A stretch of DNA of 63,991 bases, filler included, from Bigelowiella natans CCMP2755 (GCA_000320545.1; 6 parts of 6 records of this genome joined end to end with filler, not necessarily neighbours in it), one strand, 5' to 3'; counted from the whole stretch's first letter, positions 27,196 through 41,854 are shown. The notes: generated from the letters alone by a model not told the origin. Made by a program: numbers and translations.

Positions 27196-27941
27196 CTCGA
27201 TATGGGGAACGAAGTTTCAAAATGGAGGCTGGTGTTTCTTCCTTGCACCTTTTGTTCTCGGATGCAGCATCATCAGGCGCTCATATTATTAAACCACGTT
27301 TTCTTCATTACACACTAGTGAGCTTTGACATCAGGAAATGACTCAATTTGTGCTCCGATTGAACCCTCCTCCCACTACTCTCCTCCCCCTCCTCTTTCCC
27401 CCGCCTACTGTTCTTCTCCTCCCTCCTCCTCCTCCCTCACTTAGACACATGACCGCCGATGGGAAATACGTGTACACTACGAGCAAGCTTGTATGGCACA
27501 CTGGCCACCGAACGACTTATGCATGGTCGACTACGTCGCCTTCGATTCCCTTGGCGGCTGGTATTCAGGTTGTTGGCCTCATCAATAGAGAGGTATGGAT
27601 GCTTATTAGTCTATCTTCAACGGAGACGGGGGGGTGGGGAGGATCAAAAGGGATTAAGGAGGGTTTCAGTCGCGGCGGAGGCATGTGCTGCCTTTTATGA
27701 TTATGGGTTGGTTTGTGTGTGTGTGTGTGTGTGCGTGGGCAGTGTTGTTTTGTCTCCCCCTCTTTTCTCTCTGTGAAATTGTTCCATAGGTTTAATTCTA
27801 AAATCTTATCTTTCATACTTGACGATTCCTTTTCAAGTTTTTTGAATTTAATATATTTCTCTGAAAACAGTTTCATACTATTATTTAATTTACTTTTCCA
27901 TTCTATAATGTTTGTTTCATTTTCTCTTTCAAATATCTCTC

Positions 27942-27991
<50 letters not shown>

Positions 27992-28380
27992 ATGCACACA
28001 CAAACGCTTCATAACCTATCCTCTCAGCCAACCAAAATCCAAGACCTCAAGATCGTAGGAGGGGCGTGCAAGTTCCTCGACCCAAGGGGTGGGACTCTGG
28101 GGAAGGCGCAGATGAACAAATACATCTCCTTTGGAAAGAAATATTTCGAGGTTGTTCGCGTAAATTAAAATATCAATCTGCAAAGGACGTTGTTTACATG
28201 CCAAAGATACTTCACACTATGTGTCATCAATAAGATTCATAGCAAACCTCGCGTAAGCTATGCCGACACATATCTCTAGACGCGAAGTTAAAAAACCCTC
28301 TCCTTACGATTCTAGCGGCTGTTTGAGAGGGTAAAAGGAACTGGCTGCTGCTGTTTCGTCTTCCTTCCGAAGAGAGGAAC

Positions 28381-28418
<38 letters not shown>

Positions 28419-28483
28419 GTATACGTTGGTGTGTAACAAGAGTGTTTAATATGTGCTACACAACCGCGCGCACGTGTGTGTGT

Positions 28484-28521
<38 letters not shown>

Positions 28522-28723
28522 GTTACCTTAATGGGGTACAAACTGAAGGCTATGATCGGAATGTCGCCCCAATTTGATGCATTCGACAACCGCAAGGACG
28601 TCTATCCTGGTTACACGTCCGGCACCGGCTACGGCCTATGGACAAGTAGTTGATATTTCATCTGCTATATGACTGAGCATCCGTTTGCTACACGCACATA
28701 CACGCATTCAAGAGAGAGGGAGA

Positions 28724-28766
<43 letters not shown>

Positions 28767-28991
28767 ATCATACAATATGAATCTCGCGGCAACACAAGTG
28801 TACAACAATTGTAAGGCACGGGAAGGATCTACGAGAACGGCGCGACCACGAGTCTGTGCCCATCTATCGACGGACTAGCGGCTGACAAGAAGGTTGTGGG
28901 CGTGGCTGTTGACTTCGAAAGCAAAAAGACCTGGTGGTCCATCGATGGCACCTGGTGCGGAGGAGGAAACCCTTCCACAGGTAGTAGTAGC

Positions 28992-29023
<32 letters not shown>

Positions 29024-29048
29024 GAGTATTAGGGAATGTGCGTCCCTT

Positions 29049-29099
<51 letters not shown>

Positions 29100-29487
29100 T
29101 TTCTAAAGTCGACAACCTGCTCGAAACACCGCCACCACGGCATACTGATAATGAGCATGACTCCCACTCTGTCCCCCCCCCCTCCCCCACCAACGCCCAT
29201 GGGAACAAGTAGTGGTAGTAGTAGCAGTAGTAGTAGTACGTGCATGGAGAGTATCTTCTCTTCTAAATCCCACTACTTTCTCCTCCTCCCCCTGTATGAT
29301 TCAATCATCAGGCTCTGGTGGTTATGCATGGAAAACACAATGGGATCAGCTATCGCTTGCTGTCGGACGAGGTGATGGTAGTTTCAAGACCGATGTGCGC
29401 GTGAATGTCGGGTGCCGCATCTTCCAGCATGATGTACCGACCGGCTTCGAAGCATACGGGTAAAAACACAGACTAAGTCTAGGTCTC

Positions 29488-29573
<86 letters not shown>

Positions 29574-30712
29574 GGGAGAGCGGAGGAAAAACGAGAGGAA
29601 ACACGTACACATCCACAGACGCGCGCGCGCGAACATAGATACTCATTCACATAATGCGCCAAGAAGTAACCAGCCACCACCCCCCCCCTGTGTTGTTATC
29701 ATCCCTCCAACCAAGTTCAACTCTCCATCCGATGGAGCTTGGCGTCTACGGCGAGAACGTGGCAAGAACAGCGAATTCGAAGTCGACAAGATCGAAGATT
29801 CTTCGTACTGGACGTGGCGTTTCGACTTTGAGATGAAAAAGCGTATCACAAGCTGGGAGGTTAAAAATCCTGTGGCCTTGGTGAACGACCATAATGACCT
29901 ATGGCGGACGGGAAGATCCCGAGATCTCTACTACCCCTTCGACCCGGACGCTTCGCTCGTGGAGCACTGGCCGGACTTGTACGAGTTTGATGGCACAAAT
30001 CGGTATTGTTGACGACAAAGCGTAGCGCACGGCCATGAGCATACTATTAGTAGAAAATAAGAACATTTTCCATTCCTCCCCCTCCCCCTCCCCCTCTCCC
30101 TCTCCCTCTCCTCCCCTTCCTCTCTGAAATGAATCTTGAGCCAAACTCGATTCCTAGTGCTGCTGCTGCTGCTGCTGTACTCCCTGTGCGTGCTGACGAG
30201 CAACGCAACACGTGATGAGAAAGATGACAGCAGCCTTCATGGATCACACACTCAAAATGCAATTTTTCGGCTACTAATTGCCACTATCGCAGTTACGAGG
30301 TCCCATCCGCTTCCAAAAACCTAATGACTACGGCGTTCTCCCTCTGCATCTGGTTCAAGTACACGGGCGATAATCCAACCGATTGGATCCGACTAATCGG
30401 AAAAGGCTCCGGAAGTAACAGGCACTATGGCCTCTGGATTAACCCGAAGGACAACTACCTCCTGACACAAACGTATGGTGACACTGGGAGCGACCAGCTC
30501 ATCACCGGGTATTATTCATGGCAACAACAACAACAACAACAACTGTTAATACTACTTCTACTGCTACTACTATTCCTACTACTACAACCTATGGGGAGGG
30601 AGAAGGGGAAGAAGGAGAGGGCAACATACATCATTATTGAATATCAATGGCAGATCATTCTGAACTTTAAACCCTGGTAGCGTGATATATAAAATGTAGC
30701 AGTCCCGCTTAG

Positions 30713-30765
<53 letters not shown>

Positions 30766-31892
30766 TAGGTCATCGTAGGATACGATTGTGGAGCAAAACT
30801 AGCCAGTTGTATTGTATATCTGAAGGTCGATTTCCCGCATTCGAAGGAGCTAACCTCTCCCCTCTCTCCATCCTTCCTTTGTATTTTGCGAAGAAAATAC
30901 AAAAAAGACACGTGGACTCACTTTTGCGGAACGTACACGAAGAATGGCTTTGAGAAAGGATACGTCGACGGCGTGGCCACCACTTCAGTAGCTACTACAG
31001 GTGAAGAAAAAAAGACGGATTTTTTGGAGAAGGAATGGGAGGGGAAATTTGATTGAGATCTCTATTTCTATCGTTCATCTGCTCGTTAGCATTAATGATG
31101 AATGAATGGCTTTGACGACTCGACATCTCCACTTCATCCTTGAGATTTAATTACGACCCAAAACACACAATGATCATAGTTCTCTTCTGTGACTTGAAGC
31201 CGCTCTTTTGCTTTCGAAAACCTTCTGTTATTTTCGTCCTCCCCCTCCCCCCCCTCGACTACGTTCACATTTTTTTTTGAAATTTTGATACTCGCTGTTA
31301 TCCAGGCACACCTCATACGACGACTGACCCCGTGACTATGGGGTTCGCCCCCACATTGCACACGTCGATGGTTGGCTATCTCGCTGACGGACGCATATAT
31401 AACCGCGAACTCTCTGCAACAGAAATAGCGCAGATGTCACAGATTGGAAGTGGCGAGGGTTTGCAGTCTGTCGTGCTGGAGAAGGGAGGGGATTATATTC
31501 GACAGGTAGTGTAGCGCTACTGCTGCTTGCTTGTCTTGTCCAAAGCGGCAGCACAAGAAAGCAGCAGCAGCAGCAGCAGCAGCATCGTCCCTTTTCCCAT
31601 GTTCTCCCTTTGTCTTTTCACGCTACGGAGCAAACACATCTTACGCTTACAAATTACTCCCTCCCGCCCCCTCCCCTCTTTCTCTTCCTCTTCCTCCTCC
31701 CTAGTCAATGCCGGTCATACCCAACCGCTGGTTCAAGATCACCTTCCGCGCCAAGTCCCGCGAGTATAGCGAGAAGTCGTGTGCACAGTTGCCTTCCTAT
31801 TCTAATCCCTACGCAATTTGGGAAGGGCGGAGGATATTCGTCACTCCAGCCAAGGTCGAATTCAAGGCAGACGAGAAACTTCTCAACGACGC
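24889..31892 (+). CDS. Large multi-exon concanavalin-A-superfamily protein: pentraxin + SPRY/B30.2-like + LamG3 domains (partial, bounded by gaps)
   Basis: WAHFMVTYDGSTTKSYVNG / VIGQEQDSLCGGFSAVQA (pentraxin signature); GKKYFE / MIGM...YPGYTSGTGYG / VVGVAVDFESKKTWWSIDGTWCGGGNP / VNVGCRIFQHDVPTGFEAY (SPRY); FSLCIWFK...LIGKG...YGLWI / WTHFCGTY...GYVDG / GYLADGRIYNRELSATEI (LamG3). Confidence 0.8.
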
Positions 31893-32013
31893 GTAAGTAA
31901 CGACACCATCATAACGAACTTTGTGATAGCCCAGATCCGTGTTTGGGGGGGGGGGGGGGGAGGCCTATCAAATTTTTTGTTAATGGACACGGCGATACTG
32001 CCCCCACCTTGCG

Positions 32014-32113
32014 NNNNNNNNNNNNNNNNNNNNNNNNNNNNNNNNNNNNNNNNNNNNTTAATTAATTAANNNNNNNNNNNNNNNNNNNNNNNNNNNNNNN
32101 NNNNNNNNNNNNN
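32014..32113. other. Assembly gap with TTAATTAATTAA linker
   Basis: N run with linker. Confidence 0.99.
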
Positions 32114-32609
32114 CATATCTCCTCCACCTATCCCAAATGTAGAACCGTGTATTACGGATACTTTTCCATCTCCCCATTCGCTACCACCTGTAGCGGTTAG
32201 ACCTGATGCTGTGATAGTGATATTGGGTTCAGTAGACCTGATCTCTAGTTCGGGCGTGATGGTTTCAGAAGCCACAGCGTGAGAGACAGCCCGAATGGGT
32301 ACTAAATGAGGTCTCTTATCAAAAAACATGCTATAGTTTTTTACAATCCCACTTTCAAAAAGTAGCCGACAAGCGTAAAGTCTCTAATTCTATTTTTTCT
32401 GAATCTTTATCCTTCTTCTGCCCTTCATCAAACCCAAAGGGTGTGGGGGGGGGGGGGAGAAAAAAGAGAGAGAGAGAAAGAGAAGGAGAGGAGGTGTGAG
32501 GTAGCGAAATAGCGATAACACGCATCATGTTGGTCCTTTCGTGGGGTGTTAAGCAGCAGCAGCAGCAGCATCATCATCATCCATGACTCCCTCCTCCTCC
32601 TCTCACGAA

Positions 32610-33154
32610 ACACAAAAACGACGCACTCGAATTGGGCTAGCCATTCCGTCAAATTGGCCACTGCGTTGTGGGGGTTGGACACAAACTGGGGAGGGGAAGG
32701 GAGAGAGAGGGCGCGTTGTGGAAAGAAAGAGAAGAAGAACATAAGAGCATCAACCAGTTGACCGTGAAACCGAGAAGCAATGGAGGAGGGGTAGCATCAA
32801 CCTCCACTGGAGATGTATACATTGATGATAATCACATGTTCAGGCACTTATTATAATATATTAATTTATCGGAATATGTATTCAATATTGAATATATAGA
32901 TCCAGCAATAAAATAAAGAGCAATGGGACTCCTCCGGCACCTGTCCTAACGACACAGCCCATGCATCCCTCGTCTAAATTTCGCAATCACGATAACACAG
33001 TGAGAGCGACAACGACGCAAATGACAACATAAACGATGATGGTGATGGTGATGATGGTGATGATGATGATGGTGGTGGTGGATATCAAGATGACGATAAT
33101 AACTGTGAAAGGAGTCATATCTAAATTTTGTATCCTGAGCTGGGTACCATTATT

Positions 33155-33186
<32 letters not shown>

Positions 33187-34937
33187 AATTATCATATTAT
33201 TTATTCGTTTATTTTCAACCAAAGCAATTTAGCAATTACCGTTACTTTTCTTATTTTTAGTATTTGAATTCGTCTTCTTCTTCTTCTTCTTCTTCTTCTT
33301 CATCTTTTTTTTCTTTTCATTATTGCTAATACTATTGTTTGTTTACGCGCATATTCTGGAATCGCAGTCGTATCTTAGATTTGTGGTCCTCGACGTGCAA
33401 CTCCGTGCTGCTCTCACCGGTGAGGACTGGCTCCACCTTAAAATGTGTTTGTTGGGGGGAGGGGAAACGGGAGGCAGGAGGCAGGGGGAGGGGGGGATTC
33501 TCGCCGCTTAAATGCGGGCTTGTATCTGACAATGATGATAATGGCAATGATAATGATGATGGTACCTGAGCGCTCATGAGATCGATCTTCTTTTCGTTGT
33601 TACACAGAAGCCAGAATGCCTTAGCTGTGGGATCTTTTTTGGGAGCAGATAATGATATATTAAAAATATATACACATAAATAGTATACATATTGTGGTGT
33701 GTGTGTGTGTGTGAGTGAGTGTGTGTAGATAATATGTATGTGTGTGTTTGCGCGTCACACGTGTGCATTGCGTCACGTTAAATGACAAATCAAAATATGT
33801 ACTATATCTGCCTATCTTCCAATGCAGAGAAAGATTATTTGAAAAGGGGGGGGGCTATATTTTCCGACAAAGCAAGACATCTGCAGTCAGTACCATTCCT
33901 GCTACACCCCCCAAGAACAAGCGTGCGTGAATGCACACACCAACTCACTAGCTACCTTTGGAAGTTGTAGCAGTCGGATTTGTTACTGCCATTATCTCAC
34001 ACTTGACCTGCAGAAGGCGCGACATCAAACGATTAGTAGTCGTCGCCGTTCAGTGAAAGGCATTGAAAGATGGATCTGATGATGGTGGTGGTGGTGATGA
34101 TGACGACGATGATGATGATGATAAGGGTCACGGGGATGAGGCTGATATCAGCAATAAGAGAAAACAAGGCTCATCAAGTGAGTGGCACAAAGTCGGTACA
34201 TCCGTCTTCCACCCCCCCCTCCTAGCTCTGACGTCCACGTAGTCGCTCTTGAGATGGGTCTCGATCTCCGAGGGGCGGGTGTGCAGTGCTGAAAGAAAGG
34301 CAGGAGCACGGAGGCTAATTCCGGAGAGAAGTTGCTTCATGATGCTCTCCATCCTCATGCCGTCTCTGTTATTATTTCCGCTGCTGCTGCCCTTAGGGTT
34401 GTTACTATTACGAGCAGCATTCGTTCTTCTCCCATCTGTACTCGCATTGCCGTTGTTGCTGCTGCTGCTGTTATTCGCATCGTTCCTGTCCCCCCCCCCA
34501 CTCTTGGCAGTGACAGCGAGGCGTTTCCACGTCTTGACGAATGTGACCACGTGATCTCGATACCCAGCGAAAAGCCTTCGGCCTATGAGGAGGACGGAGG
34601 CATTCTCTACTTCCTGGAAGGGTGTGAGCCTCACATGTCCGCTCGTAGCCTCTCCCACCACCTAGTTGATGGTGACGATGATGGTGATGACGATGATGAT
34701 GATGAGTGCTAACCCCCTCTTCTGTTCGCTGGCACCTAGATGAAGGGGCCAGAGAATGAGTAAAATAATACCTGACTGCGTCTCCATCGACTCGACTCTT
34801 TGAGTGCCTTCTGCCCCTCCTCAATAAGATACGTCTCGGCTATCGCCTCCGCGTCGTCTCTCACTTTGTTCTTAAACTCGTACACCTTGGCTAAGAAACT
34901 AGCGGCGTTTCGAATGGGTGTCACGTAATCGACGACA

Positions 34938-34969
<32 letters not shown>

Positions 34970-35078
34970 GTGGTGATGACGTTGGTGCTCGCGAGCTGCT
35001 CGATAAGGAGTCCCAGGAGAAGAACGAGACAGCCTATGCCTCCTCTCCCTTCGAGATGTCTTGACCTCCCCAACAACA

Positions 35079-35142
<64 letters not shown>

Positions 35143-35167
35143 CATCGAATAGGAGCGACGGTTTATA

Positions 35168-35203
<36 letters not shown>

Positions 35204-35587
35204 GCATACGAGGAGGATGAGGGAAGGTGGGTCGGTGGTAGGGGAAGAACATTGAACATTGAACATTGTTGCTGACAACTACATACATGCACAAGAGCGA
35301 CATCACGACTGCGATCATGCTGATGATTTTTTGCACGACGGACGGGGGTAAAAGCACCCCTTCTCCTCTTTCCTCTACCCCTTTCTCCCTCCTTCGTCTT
35401 GCGATCAAAATGTCATCATCATCATCATCGTCATTCGTAACATCCTCAGTTGGGGGGGGGGCAGAAGAAAGTAGGAAATAGGTCTTACTACCGACACGGA
35501 TGATCGCAGTCTCGCGCGTGTGGTGGCAGCACCTGAGTACGGTTGATATGCATCGATAGCAGAGGGGGGGGAGAGGAGGAAGGAGGG

Positions 35588-35627
<40 letters not shown>

Positions 35628-35751
35628 AGGGAGCACGAAAGCCACGAGTCGTTTATAACGGTGACGAGATCGTATACAAGGTGAATTTATCGATCAATCG
35701 AGAAAGTGAAGGAGGGAGGAGGGCGGCACATACAAACATACAATATATAAG

Positions 35752-35788
<37 letters not shown>

Positions 35789-37102
35789 GCACCACCGTTG
35801 GTAGAGGTGATAGTCGTCGTCGACGTTCTAATTAAGCTTCGTTTCCTTCTGGATTTCGTTGGCGTCTGCAACGCACGAAGTTGGTGCTGCTGCCGTCGAT
35901 AGTTCTGGTCTAAAAGACTGCCACGCGACCAAGGGGCCAGCAGCTTAAACATCCCCTGCTGTGTGATGGTCATGGAGATTACTGGCCGGTAGTATTCCAC
36001 CAATTCTGCTCCGTAGTGTGTTGATAGCGTTTGGATCACCTGTGGGGCACAACGACGACGATGGAGGGGAATAATGATGATGATGATGATGATGATGATG
36101 ATGGTGTTGGTGATGATAGCTTACGACGATGATGGTGGTAGTTAATAGTATTTTTTATTACTTTTTACTACTAGCAGTAGTTAATTGCAGTTTGTTTTTG
36201 ATGGTATGGGGGAATCCCAAGTCTTATTTTACACACTCTCTCTCCCCCCCCACACACACCACACACTTGGCCCTTCTATTTTCTTTTGAGCACCACCACC
36301 TTCACGTGTGTGTCCAGCAGGATCTTCCCCACATTGGCCTTGAGGATGCTGTGGGTTTGATTCACAATCGTGTGTGCGACGGAAGAGTTGATGTGGTGGT
36401 AGGGGCCTAGGTCACGTGGCCACAGGATCTTGTGGATGGCTAGCACCCATTTACCACGGTCCTGACGACATATTTTTGAGTGAAAACAACGACGACGAAA
36501 ACAGCCCATGAACGTCATCACGAAAGGCTGCACCGTCGATATCGTAATCCCTCGTTCCTTAGAGTATTGTATGGTAGGGAAAAGGGCAGAGGAGGCGGAG
36601 GAGGAGGAGGAGGAGGAGGAGGGGGAGGAGGCAAAGAAGTGCTACTCCTACAACTTGTACTACAACCTCCAGTATAACTTCTACTACCAGTAGTAGCACT
36701 AACCCTACCTTGGCATTTTGGGCCTTTAGCACAAAGAGCGCGCTCATCCGTTTCAATCTCGAAGGCTCTGAAGGGGTCGCGGCCGGAAGCTCACATCGCA
36801 CACGTTTTTAATAAGCCTCATGCCCCCTAGTGGCGTCTCCGACTTCCGTGAGCGGTACCACTTCAGCAAAGCTTGTTGCCCTTCCCCCTCAACCACCCAT
36901 AGCTTGAAGTAACGAGTTCTATACACTTTAAACACCTGATGATGAACCCCCCCCCAACACATACACGCACAAAAACACACACAAAAACATATACGTGCGT
37001 GTTTGTGTGTGTGTTTTTGTGCGTCTCGAGCTGGCAGTCGCGCATTACTTCTACAGCAAACACAACGACTTTAACGGTTATTGCTGCTACTACTTCCCAT
37101 TG

Positions 37103-37136
<34 letters not shown>

Positions 37137-37745
37137 CTACCCTTCTCGTAATCTCTTTGTTTTTTAGCAACCCTTCGCACACGGGGGCCTCCTGTGTGTC
37201 GATCTTGTACCACTCCTCGTACCTATGTTGTGATGGGGGATGTTTTGCAAATGTCTATTAGGAAAGAATTGGCAAGATACGATTACGATTACGATTACGA
37301 AGATGATGATGATGATGATGATGACGATGATAAGACCGACAACGAGAAGGACATTAGGAGTATTTGCTCTGGTGGATCGCTTTCAGAATGAAGCTTACGA
37401 TGCCGAGATATGCTCTCTTGACGAAAGCGCGAACGATCATGCTATAGTTGCGTCGTACATTGGCTGGTTCAGGAAGAGCACTACTATCTCGTATAATAAT
37501 TATTATGACCAATATCATCATTATTATTCTACGCTGTTGTTGTTATTGCAGCTGCTTTGTAATTGTGTGCAGGAAGACGATAGGAAGAGGAGGAGGAGGA
37601 TATACATGCTCAGTTTAGCGTCGTGGTCCTCATCAAAGTCGCTCGAGTCGACGTGGTTTCTTGAAAGTTCCTCCTTAGCGTTCTCTGCCGCCCCCTCCAT
37701 CAACTGGAAATCTACTGCGGTGGCCCTAAGATATCACACACACAC

Positions 37746-37791
<46 letters not shown>

Positions 37792-39156
37792 TACATTGTC
37801 TACTTATGTTAATTTAGATGAATATACACCATCCACACAAACACACATAGAGATTGGGAGCATTGAACATTGAACTTCACAGTGAGTCGTCCCTGCATAT
37901 GCGAGGGAGGAGGGAGGGGGGACACCATCCTAATACCCTTCAATCGAATCGTCATCGTCGTCGTCATCGTCATTGGCGCCCTTCTTCTCCTCCTCCTCCT
38001 CCTCCTCCTCCTCCTCTTCCTCCTCCTCTATATTGTCCTGTGTTTTCGAATTGGTGGTACTCTTACTCTCTTTGCTGCTGACTGCATTCCCCTTCCTGCC
38101 TCTGCTAGTACCAACAGTAGCGTTTGCGGGTGAAGGAGGTGCAGGACGTGTGGGGGAGCAGTTTTCGATAGAAGAAGACGATGCTACAGCTGCTGCGGTG
38201 GCCGGCTTAGCCTTCGCTTGCATCTCGATTGCATTGTTGACTCCAATATGACAGAATGTGTTTCGTAGGGGTTTCAACCACAGCAACCCCTTAAAGAACT
38301 TCAGGTCTCGCTCCTCCTCCACCTCCGGGGGGGGGGAGTCTGGCTCCTTGCCTAGCACACGACCTACCTGCTTGAGCTTTTTCTCATCCCAGGAGGCGTG
38401 AAGCTGCTTCGATTTCGAGGACTGGTCAACCAACGGCTTCAGAAGGCCCTATTTGTTGGCGGTTCTTAGGTCAGTGCTAATGTTGATTGTGGTTAACACG
38501 ACGATGCCGAGAGATATTGCACCTTATCGAGCATCCTCTTTCGTCTTTCTACAGACGTAAGAAGGGCGTCTCGGACTGAAAACGCAACAGCACAATATCG
38601 ATGTGAGAAGGCGAAGCGATGATAATTTCGACATGAATATTGTCATTCAAAGTAAAGAGGTGAAAGCAATTGAGAAAGAGAGAGAGAGAGAGTTGTGGGA
38701 ACGAAGGCGACCGTCGTATGCGTCAATTTCGCCATTCGCTAGCTTAGATATCAAGAGCTTTAGCAGGTCATTCCTGCTTATTATCGACTTCAATGAGCTC
38801 TTTGGGGGGCTCCGAGATATGGACGATGACATAGATGCATTCTGAGATATATTATGGAACCAAACGATGACATAGATGCATTCGGAGATATATTATGGAA
38901 CCAAACGAAAGTCTCTGCTTAGCAGCGAATACAGCAGCGGTCCCTTCATTGTGAGCATTCGAACAACAACTTCGCTCTCAAATCTCAATTCATCATGATA
39001 GCTCTCCTCTCTAACAACAAGACAACTCACCGTTTTCGGCTTCGAGGGCCTGGTCGCTCGGTTCCGAGGGCGGGAGGCCTGTTGGAACAGGCAAAGGAGC
39101 AACGAGAGCGCGAGGAAGGACGCCGTCAGCGCGGAGAGAAAGTACAGGAAGTTCAT
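32610..39156 (-). CDS. Membrane-anchored signalling protein with PH and RGS-like domains (possible degenerate kinase-like segments); 3' end uncertain
   Basis: N-terminal hydrophobic MNFLYFLSALTASFLALSLLLCLF; PH: CEGLLKNK / VFKVYRTRYFKL...LLKWYRSRKSETPLGGMRL / DRGKWVLAIHKI; RGS-like: ASFLAKVYEFK...AEAIAETYL...LTPFQEVENASVLLIGRRLFAGY; distal NLTEWLAQF may close a second PH. Confidence 0.65.
38823..38908. repeat. 41-bp tandem duplication (1 mismatch), intronic
   Basis: acgatgacatagatgcattc(t/g)gagatatattatggaaccaa x2 (38823, 38864). Confidence 0.95.
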
Positions 39157-39506
39157 GAGGGCCAGAGTGGTCGAGCTTTCGACAGAGCACCCCCTTGCTT
39201 CGAGTAGCTTTATGAGCAGCTATGAGTAGCTAGTGCCTCCTCCCCCTCCCAAAGGGTATCGATTCTCCGGCTCCTTCCGAGAGGCGAACCGCTTTCGGAA
39301 GAAGATATGATGGGATTTTCTGTGTACGACATGCCCAATCAAGGGCGAATGGGTGAAAACGGCTCCGATACATTCTAGAGGCTCATTGCAATCAGTGCTT
39401 ACGACATCTTCCTCTCTCGTACGAATGGAATTGAGGCTGATTTTGCTTGTCGCAGGGTCGCAGCGCAGGGCATTTATCATTTCCCCCCTAAATCTGGCAT
39501 AATCCA

Positions 39507-40050
39507 ATGCGCGCTCACCGCCTGCTCGGGCTTTCCCTGGCCATCGTCGCCCTCCTATGGGGCGCTGCTGCTGCGAAGAGAATCGTCGCAGGAAAAGTTC
39601 ATGTGAGTGGCCCCGAGAGAGAGCTGGGGGATTGGGGGAAGAGGGGACCGTTGCAGCAGAGAGTTTATGGCGACCGAACCGCAGAAGGGAAATTGTGATA
39701 AGATACTCTCTTCGTAACCCAGGTGCTGGACGCCTCCAACTTCGAGCATGATACGCAGGCCACGACTGGAATGACGACAGGGGACTGGTTCATCAAATTT
39801 TACGCACGTTAGTAAAATTTCATTCTTCCCTCCCTCAACCCCACCCCGCCCCGCCCCCCCGTACGAGGAGTCAGCACAAGAAATCATGTGACACGACTCA
39901 ATCGTGATGACCTGACACTGATAATGATACCAATCGTGTACAGCCTGGTGTGGACATTGCAAAGCACTAGTGCCAAAATGGTACATTTTTACCTTTTTAT
40001 ATGTGTTAACATAGTGAGAGAGGGTAGGGGGGGAGAGGGGGAGGGAGGGG

Positions 40051-40083
<33 letters not shown>

Positions 40084-41140
40084 TGCACTCATATCCTAAA
40101 ACATATCATAGATCTTAAAGTACTGCTCCTAACTGATATACCGTTTGTTATGTAGGGAAAAACTAGCTAAAAAGCTGAAAAAGAAGGTCACGGTTGCCAC
40201 GGTGGACGTTACACAGAACAGAGTTCTTGGCCAACGATTTGGCATTACTGGCTTCCCAACGCTCATCTTCTTCCGTCACGGCAAAGTACCAGCCATTGTA
40301 GCAGTAGAGATAGATGGCGTGAGTCGCTACAGTATCAATTATAGTTGAACTAGAAGTGGTGGGAGGAGGAGGAGGAGGGTGTCGGGAGGGGGGGGGGGGA
40401 GGGAGGAGGAGTATCGTTACTGTGCAGTTCTAGTTAGCAGTTTAATCTCCACAAGTTTCTAGGAGGGTGTTTCATCTTTCTGCTGGCTTTCATCTCCGTG
40501 CCAGACAGAGAGTTCTTTGCACCTAGATCAACTTCGATAGTTTCCAGCCTCATTGGAGGAGGATCACAGGCTCAAAGGCCCCTTCTCTTTCCAAGGGCGG
40601 AATGTCAAACACAAACCTTCCCCCCAGCGCACTAGCCAGCCCAATATGTGTGCGTGCATATATACAGGCCCATGGAAAGCTGCTTGTAGTAGCCGTAGTA
40701 GAAGAAAGCATGACTATATTCCCATTCTACTTGTTATTCTAATCCCTCCTCCTCCTTCGTCCCTACTCATCTACCCCCTCCCTCACCCCCCCCCTCAGAT
40801 GTACAAGTACGAGGGAATGAGGACGGTGAAGGCACTGAAGAAGTTTGCCCTGGGCGGCTATAAGGATGCAAAGTAATGATGATATGTGCACCTTTTTCTT
40901 AATACCTTTGGGAAAGTATGGCTGAGTAAGATAGCAAAGGAAAAGAGAGCCTGTAATTTCGGGGTTGTAATGTACGTGTTTCTCTTTTTTTAACCGCAAG
41001 CCCTTTGTTGCTGTTGTTGCGTCATTGTTTGTTGTCGTCGTCATAAAATCTCCGCAGAGAGGAGGAAATACCGCCAGAGCCTTCTATGCTCGTACGTTCA
41101 ATCTTGCAACTAACAATAATGAATACATCATTTACAGTAT

Positions 41141-41176
<36 letters not shown>

Positions 41177-41349
41177 ATAAGTATATATATAATAAGTATA
41201 TATATTATATAACAGTATGCTGCTACTACTATTGCTGCTTCCCCCACTTATGTAACGACTACAATCGACACTACTACTACAACCACTACTACAATTACTA
41301 TCATAACTATTCCCCTGCCCCTCCAACGCTCTCGTGCTGCCTGCTTCTT

Positions 41350-41386
<37 letters not shown>

Positions 41387-41776
41387 TGTACACATTTATA
41401 CTAATATGTTTTGCTAGGTCTCAATGTTGTTCGAAGTGCTCGAGCAGGTTGTTGTCGTCGCACTACTCGCAAGCAGAGACAATGCGCCACACTCCCCCCC
41501 TCCCCCCCCCTCCCTCCCCCGCCAAGGGAACCGGGAGAACAAACCCATGGAAAGATGAATATTTAGTAGTGGCACTATCAACATCACGTCTCATGTGAAT
41601 CTCACTCAAACTTATCGCTATGCGCCCCGTAGTGCGTCCATGCTGCCCTCTCTCTCTCCCTCCCCTCCCCCCGCCATTTGATTCCTCTTACTCGCACTCG
41701 GTAGTTTGCTATTTGGAGCCAGAAGAGACCCCTCATGGGGTTAGGAGTCCTCACCCTCACTGGATTCGCACTCGCG
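39507..41776 (+). CDS. ER thioredoxin/PDI-family protein (single WCGHC domain, signal peptide, likely C-terminal TM; TMX-like); 3' end in or after gap
   Basis: MRAHRLLGLSLAIVALLWGAAAA / [41 protein letters not shown] / VATVDVTQNRVLGQRFGITGFPTLIFF / MYKYEGMRT / LMGLGVLTLTGFALA. Confidence 0.92.
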
Positions 41777-41854
41777 GTGAGAGAAATGTGAAGAGAGGGA
41801 GAGAGGGGGAGGGGAGGGGAGGGGGAGGGGGAGGGGGGAGGGGGGGGGTGGGGG

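Noticed and set aside
32114-32329. Minus-strand ORF MFFDKRPHL...
   Set aside because: Truncated by the gap and unassignable; may be a distal exon of the PH/RGS gene.
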